Shown here piece by piece: positions 55,151-64,000 of a stretch of 64,000 nucleotides of DNA (position 1 is its first letter; the number at the start of each line of letters is the position of its first letter). The DNA is taken from NCBI RefSeq assembly GCF_009914755.1, contig NC_060935.1, one strand, 5' to 3'. This DNA comes from the human T2T-CHM13v2.0 reference genome, Homo sapiens. The translations under genes and the position numbers were made by a program. The notes beneath the pieces are model-generated. The model searched no databases. It worked only from the letters and a program-made list of their open reading frames with translations, and was not told where the DNA came from.

Positions 55151-55256
55151 AAAAAAATATGGAATGCTTCACAAATTTGCATGTCATTCTTTCACAGAGG
55201 CCGTGCCAATCTCTCTATTGTTCCAACTTAAGTATGTGTGCTACTGAGGCAAGCAT
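55151..55256 (-). pseudogene. RNU6: U6 snRNA retropseudogene (RNU6-nnnP type)
   Basis: Reverse complement of full-length U6 (aaaatatggaatgcttcacaaatttgcatgtcat...gtgctactgaggcaagcat); T run at 55134-55150 is the A tail; TSD gagtaattt (55128-55136) / gagcaattt (55257-55265). Confidence 0.93.
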
Positions 55257-55501
55257 GAGCAATTTAAGATAGAGTGGTTAAGTGAAATAAGGAAGAATTA
55301 TGGAGAATTTAAAAATCTATGCTATTTATAGGCACCTAGTAACAGCTCAGTAAATATTAGCTGCTACTATTATTATTTTTATGGTAATTTCACTCAATTA
55401 AAAACTGTCGTTAAAAATTACCATTGTCATGGAACATAATGTCTCCTACTGTATAATTGTAGAAACAGATACAATTTGTCCCTTGGTATATGGGGGGATT
55501 A

Positions 55502-55824
<323 letters not shown>

Positions 55825-56086
55825 CTATCTAATCCAATTAATGCTGGAATTGGGAACAGCAGAAATGTCATCTCAGAGCTACTCACAATGAAAGGTGATG
55901 TCTGGGGCTCAGGTGTGTTGAGGTCCCCATGCCTGGACTATGGGTGCTGAGTGGGATTTACTTGTCCATCCATTTTCTATATTCCAGCACTGGGAAACTA
56001 GGGACAGTACTTGTTCTCAAGGGAATCTTCAGCTTAGGTGGCTCTGTAAAAGAGAAATTACATCATTGAAAAATCGTCGCAGGTCA

Positions 56087-56206
<120 letters not shown>

Positions 56207-56209
56207 TTA

Positions 56210-56428
<219 letters not shown>

Positions 56429-56744
56429 TCACTCTGTCCAGCCTTGACTAATCAAAAGGGCCTTCTGGTTACAGAAGAGGTATGCTCTTTTGTAGGACAG
56501 GGAGAGACCAGCAAGCTTGTTCACAGACTTTTCCTCATCCTCTGCTTAGTTTTCCAAGAACCCTCACAGTGGAAATGGAGTCTCTGGGAAAATGACCTAA
56601 ATCTTTGGGTTACCAGGGGAGAAATATGCCTCCTTTGTCAATTAATAAATGGAACATCTGCCTTAAAATCCAGGGAGTTCTGCTAGAATGAATCACTCCC
56701 TAAGACCCTGACCAATGCATGGAACATGAAAAACTGAAGTTTAA

Positions 56745-56968
56745 CTGGGCGCGGTGGATCACGCCTGTAATCCCAGCACTTTGGGAGGCTGAGGCGGGAG
56801 GATCACCTGAGGTCAAAAGTTCTAGATCAGCCTGGCCAACATGGTGAAACCCCGTCTCTACTAAAAATACAAAAATTAGTTGGGCATGGTGGTGGACACC
56901 TGTAATCCCAGCTACTTGGGAGGCTGAGGCAGGAAAATCGCTTGAACCCGGAAGGCGGAGGTTGCAGT
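56745..56968 (+). mobile_element. 3'-truncated AluS
   Basis: Ends abruptly at 'gaggttgcagt' with no tail. Confidence 0.85.
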
Positions 56969-59504
56969 TACTTCTAGAAGAATTTCCATTAGCCCTTTGA
57001 AATCCTTCAACATTCATGAAGGCCAAAGAGTTTTCACCTAATTTAATCTGATGGGTATGTGACCAGAGTCTTTCTAGGGAATAGAGACTCCCAAACAGTT
57101 CGACTGGGAAGTGAGGAGAGAATTTATTACTCAAAACCAAAGGGAAATGAAAAGAGGCCAACATAGAATGTCATTATTCTTTCTTGGCGGGGAATGGATT
57201 CCAGAGTCATTCTGTGACCTTTACATGACCTCCTTATTAGCATCTAAAAGCTTCCAGTGTAGGATGCAGCCAGCTAGGTTCTCTTCTAATGTAATAAAAT
57301 TTGCTTCGGCAAATCTTATGCAGAGCCATCTCCAGGCTCTAGAAACAATAGGCTATAAATTACTGGATCTCCCATTTGATACAATGAAGTATGAGCATGG
57401 TCCTGAATGACTCCTCTACATACTACTCTGGGTGGCTTGAAGTGAATTTGATACAAGAACTGGAGCGAGGGCAAAGCAGAGCTAGATCTAGGATTAATGT
57501 GCTTGGGCCCAGCTCCTCACTACTCACCTATGAGTCTAGTTCCAGAACCCAAGTAGAGGATGGGGAAACAAGGCTCCTGACTTTTTTTCCCTAATGTCTG
57601 CATCTCTTTCACATTTCTTATCTCCTTGCAAAGAAACTAAACAGGCTCAACTGAAATAACTAAATGATTAAACCCTATACAGAGAATCTCCAAAGACTGA
57701 CAAAATATCATTCAAGACTGTTACACAGACAACCTTGAGGATGACTTGATGTACCAGTGATCTACAATATTTGGGATCATTCCAAATTCCCATCAAGGAT
57801 CTGCCTATATCAACAAAGGAGCCAAGGACCAACCATTCAAATGGGCCCTGCTGCCAAGCCTTTTTTTTTTTTTTAGCAATGCCATCTCTTCATATTGTTC
57901 CATTTAACAAAACTGCAGCCCTTCATCTATCCTTAAGTCCCTTGGCCAATGGTACAGGGCCAGAGTATGCTACTCCCTAGCAGGAAATCAACAGGATGAC
58001 CTACTAAACACCATTCAGAAGATGCTAAGACCCATGAATTGCAACAGGAAAGAAAAGACAGAGAATTAGTCAGACAGGTACATGCTGTGCCAAAAATGCA
58101 CTACAGCCCCCACCCAATTCTGCCTAATCCTAGCTGGGCTGACACCAACCTGATGAGACAGGCCTATAAGATCTCAAACTAAAACAGAAACTCCTGAACT
58201 GGGTTCTTTCGAGCCCAGGAAGCAGCAGTAAATCATTAAAGAACAGATAAGTTCTTAAGGTGAGGGAGAGTTTCAGATAAATGGAATGCTGGTAGAACAC
58301 AGGGCCCAAAGGAGCAAAAGTTAACCTAAGCCCAGGTAGAACCTTGTTTACTAGAGTATTAGGCATGGGTTTGGGCAACTATTCTAACCAGAGAAACTGG
58401 CTTCAGTGAGGGCAAGTTGGCAATCCAAGGTATAGCATGCATAGGGCTGGCAAAATTCAGGGTGACTGAAGCAAAAGCTTCATAACCAGAAAGACCACAT
58501 CTGGGGGTAGAGCACAAAACTCTCAAGAGATGAATCTTTGTAAGAGTGAGGCAGAACTATATAGCAGTTTTAGGAGATCTGTTGGTGCCCAGCAAGAGCT
58601 CCAAACGGGCTATATGCAGGGATGCAGGCTGTAGTCTCAGGAGAGGAGGTTCACAAAAGTCATTCAGTCCAAGACCTCAAACTGTGTTCTCTACTAAAAG
58701 GAATCAAGGTTCCCTAGAGAAATGGCTGACTCCATGTATGGTGCAGTATATTGATCCTGGAACATCTGTTTTGCCAGAAAGCAAGGAAGCCATCAAAGTC
58801 CAACAGGATCACGTCAAAAAGACATGAAAGTCAACTTGAAGAGATAATTATTAACCTAGATGAGACAATGTAAGCATCCAAAACAATAAAGACTGCAATG
58901 GCCTGAAATACATCAAATGCAAACAATAATCTATGAGTTCATAATGGTATTCAGAAAAAAAAACTACTGGTCATTAGAGGGAAGGTTACTAGGTCACTAA
59001 CTTACTACTCTGAAAAGTGACTTAAGATGAGAGGTAGGGTGGAGAATTAGCTATTTATTCAGTCTTTCCTGTACAAACATAAATTTTTAGGGAGATTGAA
59101 GCAGATGAAACAAATCTGGAAAAATGGAGGTAACTGCTTAATCTGCGGGTTGGGTGCATGGAGGTGCAACATATTTCTTTTGTGTATATTTGAACCCCCT
59201 ACAAAAAAAGCACAAGACAGAATGTGAGCCAAGCAGCTTAGGGTTTAGGCAAGGCTTCTGCCTACAAGAGACACTAGGATATGAGGAGTAGTTTTAGCCC
59301 TAATGGGCTGAGCCAACTGGAGGTATATAGGGAAGTGCTAAATTGCAGAGGTATCATGTTGCCCAGCACTTGATCAAATCCTAGATCCTAGGTCTGCTTG
59401 GTAGCATGCTTCCTAGGTAGTGGATCTGAGGCTACCTATAGAACTTCCTTTGCAGTCATAGTTCGCTCAGAAACTACAAAAGTGCTTGCTCTTGAAAATG
59501 GAGT

Positions 59505-60076
59505 CTTTGTCCATTTCATGCTTCTATAAAAGAATACCACAGACTGCATAATTTATAAAAAGGAAAAAAGGAAGGAAAGAAAAAAGGAAGGGAGGAGGGA
59601 AGGAGGGAAAAAGGGAAGGAGGGAAGGAAAGGAAGGAAGGGAAAGAGAGAAAGAGGGAAGGAGGAAGGGAGGGAAGGAGGGAGGGAGGGAGAGAGAGAGG
59701 GAGGGAGGGGAAGGGAAGAAAAGGGAAGAGAAGGGAAAGGAGGAAGAAAAGGAAAGGAAAGGAATAAATTTTATTTCTTAACAGTTCTGGATGTTAGGAA
59801 GTCCAAGGTTGAGGGGCCTGCATCTGGTAAGGGTCTTCTTGCTGCATCATCCCACTACAGAAGGCAGAAGGAAAAGAGAATGCAAGAAAGCAAGAGGGCA
59901 AAAGGGGCTGAACTCTGTTTTATAATAAGCCCACTCTGTGATTACTAATCTATTACCACAATAACAACATTAACTCATTCATGAAGGCTATTTTATTAGG
60001 CCCCACATCCCAACTGTTGCATTGAGGATTGAGTTTCCAGCACATAAACTTTGGGGGACACATTTAAACCATAGCA
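59505..60076 (-). mobile_element. MST/MLT1A-type LTR with an internal (GGAA/GGGA)n polypurine expansion (59565-59763)
   Basis: 'ctataaaagaataccacagactg..cagttctgga..gaagtccaagg..tttgggggacacatttaaaccatagca'. Confidence 0.75.
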
Positions 60077-61112
60077 GAGCACTTAGGTTAATTCAACTAA
60101 GAGGAGCTGGGAAAATCAAAGGCATGAGAAAGACAGCAAAAGCTAGCAGAGAGAAATGCATAGGTTAAGGAAAAAAGTCACAGTGAATCCTGTAGTGCAG
60201 GCTACTTTATCAAAAGCACCTAAAAAAGATCTCATTAACTCCCCCAGCTCACCTCCACGCACATCTAAAGAGCCACACACAGCACCACCAAAGGCAGCAC
60301 AATGAGAACAGCATTCTCCTCAACAGACAAGCTGGGAGTATCTAGACACCTGACCTCAATAGCTCCAGAACAGCCCTAAAACATTTCCTCCCTAACCACC
60401 ACTCAAGTCACCAGCTTGGAAAGTATTAAGAAAACCCAAATCCTGACACACCACTATGAAACAACTTAAAACAGCAAAGAACAACCCATTTAAACAGCAA
60501 TGCCAGCTGTTGGGAAAAAAAGGAACAATGAGTAGAGGAGAAACAGACCTCTCGGGGTCCACCAAGACCCAGTCTCTCAGCTTCAGCACTTTTAAATGCA
60601 GAATCCATACCCCTCTGGGGCCTGTGGAGCTCCACAAGGCATGTCGTCCTCAAAGATAAATGAGCAGGCAAGCTGGCTAGAAAACCACTAAGGGTATTTA
60701 TTCTTTAAAGAATCTTTACAGGGTCAAAGAAGAATGGGTCTTAACTGGCTATGTGAACTCCCCACAGATTCTGAGGATGATGTCAGTATCCCTTTCCAGA
60801 TGTGTTTAACACTTTGCAGTCACTTGTATTCCTGCTACTGAGTGCCAGTGCTTTGCTAATTTGAACTGATTCCAGCTCACGCTGACCCCAGCTCCCTGGA
60901 TGTTACCATTAGCCAAGACTGTCACCCATACTGTACCCTTTCAAAGAGTCCTAAAAACAGCTCTTCACCTACTCTTCCAAGACAAGTAAAAATGTCTGCC
61001 AAAGAAATGGGGAAAAAAGATTCAGAGAGTGAAAACAATTAATATACTAACAAGAGAGCAAAAAGCAAAAGGGGAGGAGAAACTAGGAAAATCATATATG
61101 GGCTCTCACCTA

Positions 61113-61566
<454 letters not shown>

Positions 61567-61613
61567 TTACTCATAACAGAGACAACAGTCCAATAAGAAT
61601 CCAGGAATCTTAC

Positions 61614-62169
<556 letters not shown>

Positions 62170-63237
62170 TTAAACACGGTATGTAGAAAAGAATAATTAT
62201 TGAATCTGTACTGGTCTTTAACTTTTACACTTTGATCTTTAATTCTGTTATTGTGATTGAGTCCAAAGAAAAACAGTATGAGTAAAATAAAAAGAACACC
62301 AAAAATGCTAATATTCTGTTTACCGAAGTCTGTAGTGAAATATCCCATTAAATCCAAGTGCAGTGACACACCCATAATCCCAAGCACTTTGGGAGGCTGA
62401 GGCGGGTGAATCTCCTGAAGTCAGGAGTTCAAGGCCAGCCTGGCCAACATGATGAAACCCCAACTCTACTACAAATACAAAAATTAGGCAGGCGTGGTGG
62501 CAGACGCCTGTAATCCCAGCTACTTAGGAGGCTGAGGCAGGGAGAATTGCTTGAACCCAGGAGGTGAGCTTGCCATGAGCTGAGATCATACCACTGCACT
62601 CCAGCGTGGGTGACAGAACAAAACTTCAACCTCCAAAAAAAAAAAAAAAAAAAAAAAACAGCTAGCAGGTGACATTTGCTATAGGGAGTAGGGAGACTAG
62701 GGATATGATCTTGCTGCAATCTTTCCATTTTAGTAAATCTAAACAGTGTGAATCCATTCTGTTTCGTCCCCACTCCACTCCAGAGCCAAAACAAGAAAAT
62801 CAATTATATTTCTAGTTCTTTAAAAACATATCTAACTAAATCATCTAATTAAAAGATAATATGCATGGTTCCATACTCTAAAAGAAAACTTATGTCCTGC
62901 ATATCATGGACATTTGATGAATGCTTATTCAGTTGACTGGTGTAGACTTCAATAATAACCTGTTCAATGCATTATGCCAGATGAATCTTGCATCTCAAAA
63001 GTAGAACAAATATTGTTCTTTCAGTTTTGTCTACCCATAAATGCAATATTTACTAATAAAAAGAAAATGAGTTTATTGTTCTAGAGAGTATGAGAATTTT
63101 GACAACATGAATTCTCCTGTCCTAGGACATAATTAATACTTAGAGGCATACTATTTCATGTGGAAGCTACCATTAAATCAATGTTAAGTGTTAATTACCT
63201 CACATAATCTTCTAATCTGACTTGACTGAAGACGTAC

Positions 63238-63296
63238 CTGACAAAGTTGATTTATCAAGTTGTAAATCTTCACCTGTTGAATTCGTAAGTTCATGT
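63238..63296 (-). pseudogene. GTF2I: GTF2I-family 59-bp exon
   Basis: ctttcAG|A-HELTNSTGEDLQLDKSTLS-G|GTacgt (recalled parent HELLNSTREDLQLDKPASG). Confidence 0.87.
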
Positions 63297-64000
63297 CTGA
63301 AAGGTGAGAATAAATACTTAATATTCATTAGGCAATATTCAGCAAAGTAATATCCACTAGTACATATTTAATATTTCATCATGAACTGCGGGTGTGAAGA
63401 GAAAAGACAGGCTGGGCACAGTGGCTCACACCTGTAATCCCAGCAGTTTGGGAGGCCGAGGCAGGCAGATCATGAGGTCAGGAGTTCGAGACCAGCCTGG
63501 CCAACATGGTAAAACCCCGTCTGTACTAAAAGTACAATAATTAGCTGGGCATGGTGGCAGGCACCTGTAATCCCAGCTACTCGGGAGGCTGAGGCAGGAG
63601 AATTGCCTGAACCCAGGAGGTGGAGGTTGCAGAAACCATTATCACGCCACTGCATTCTAGCCTGGGCAAGAGAGCAAGATTCTGTCTCCATCAATCAATC
63701 AATAAAAATATAAGGAGGAAGCATTTACTGTGTATTTATATGTCTGGTATTATGTGAAGCACTTTACTATCTTATCAAATCTTCGGGACAGATCTTCAGT
63801 TCTCATGACCACAAAAGAGGATATTAAAGCTCAGACAGGAGAAGAGACGTGGCCAGCCTGTGTCCCCAGGGCCTATGGTCTTACCACTAGGTTACAGTGT
63901 TTCCAGATATCACATGTTGTGAGATTTTTGCTTTAAAATGAACCAAAAAAAAACCAAAGGTGAAAAAGGCATAAGCTATTAAAAAGTGGGAGAAACACTA

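Noticed and set aside
55151-55256. Functional U6 snRNA gene
   Set aside because: Many substitutions, plus an A tail and TSD, indicate a retrocopy

Overview
Human (primate) genomic DNA from a subtelomeric-type segmental-duplication mosaic. It resembles the chr1p36.33 'SEPTIN14P-CICP-GTF2IP-RNU6' duplicon family; the exact paralog cannot be fixed without alignment. I find no intact protein-coding gene and no new enzymatic system. 1-25 kb is AT-rich L1/L2/MaLR sequence with a full-length THE1B and a duplicated SEPTIN14 terminal exon. 25.4-29.2 kb is a rearranged CIC processed pseudogene. 29.4-33.5 kb is a GC-rich ~32-bp minisatellite with an embedded 48/49-bp VNTR. 33.5-64 kb is Alu-dense and built from internally duplicated modules; it contains calmodulin (CALM2) retrocopy fragments, a MER11 LTR, a U6 retrocopy and two GTF2I-family exons. 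The most notable observations are: (i) the 11-copy VNTR carries a perfect or near-perfect estrogen response element in every unit and sits in the loop of an inverted repeat; (ii) a perfect 100-bp palindrome; (iii) two GTF2I exons in swapped order that still splice in frame, part of a possible chimeric minus-strand transcript that also recruits the SEPTIN14 exon through a cryptic donor; (iv) a calmodulin retrocopy present in three pieces; (v) a 933-bp direct duplication inserted inside an Alu; (vi) filled and empty insertion sites (U6, MER11) both present in the window. Repeat subfamily names and parent-gene matches come from recalled consensus sequences, not database searches. Repeat boundaries are approximate unless target-site duplications (TSDs) are quoted.
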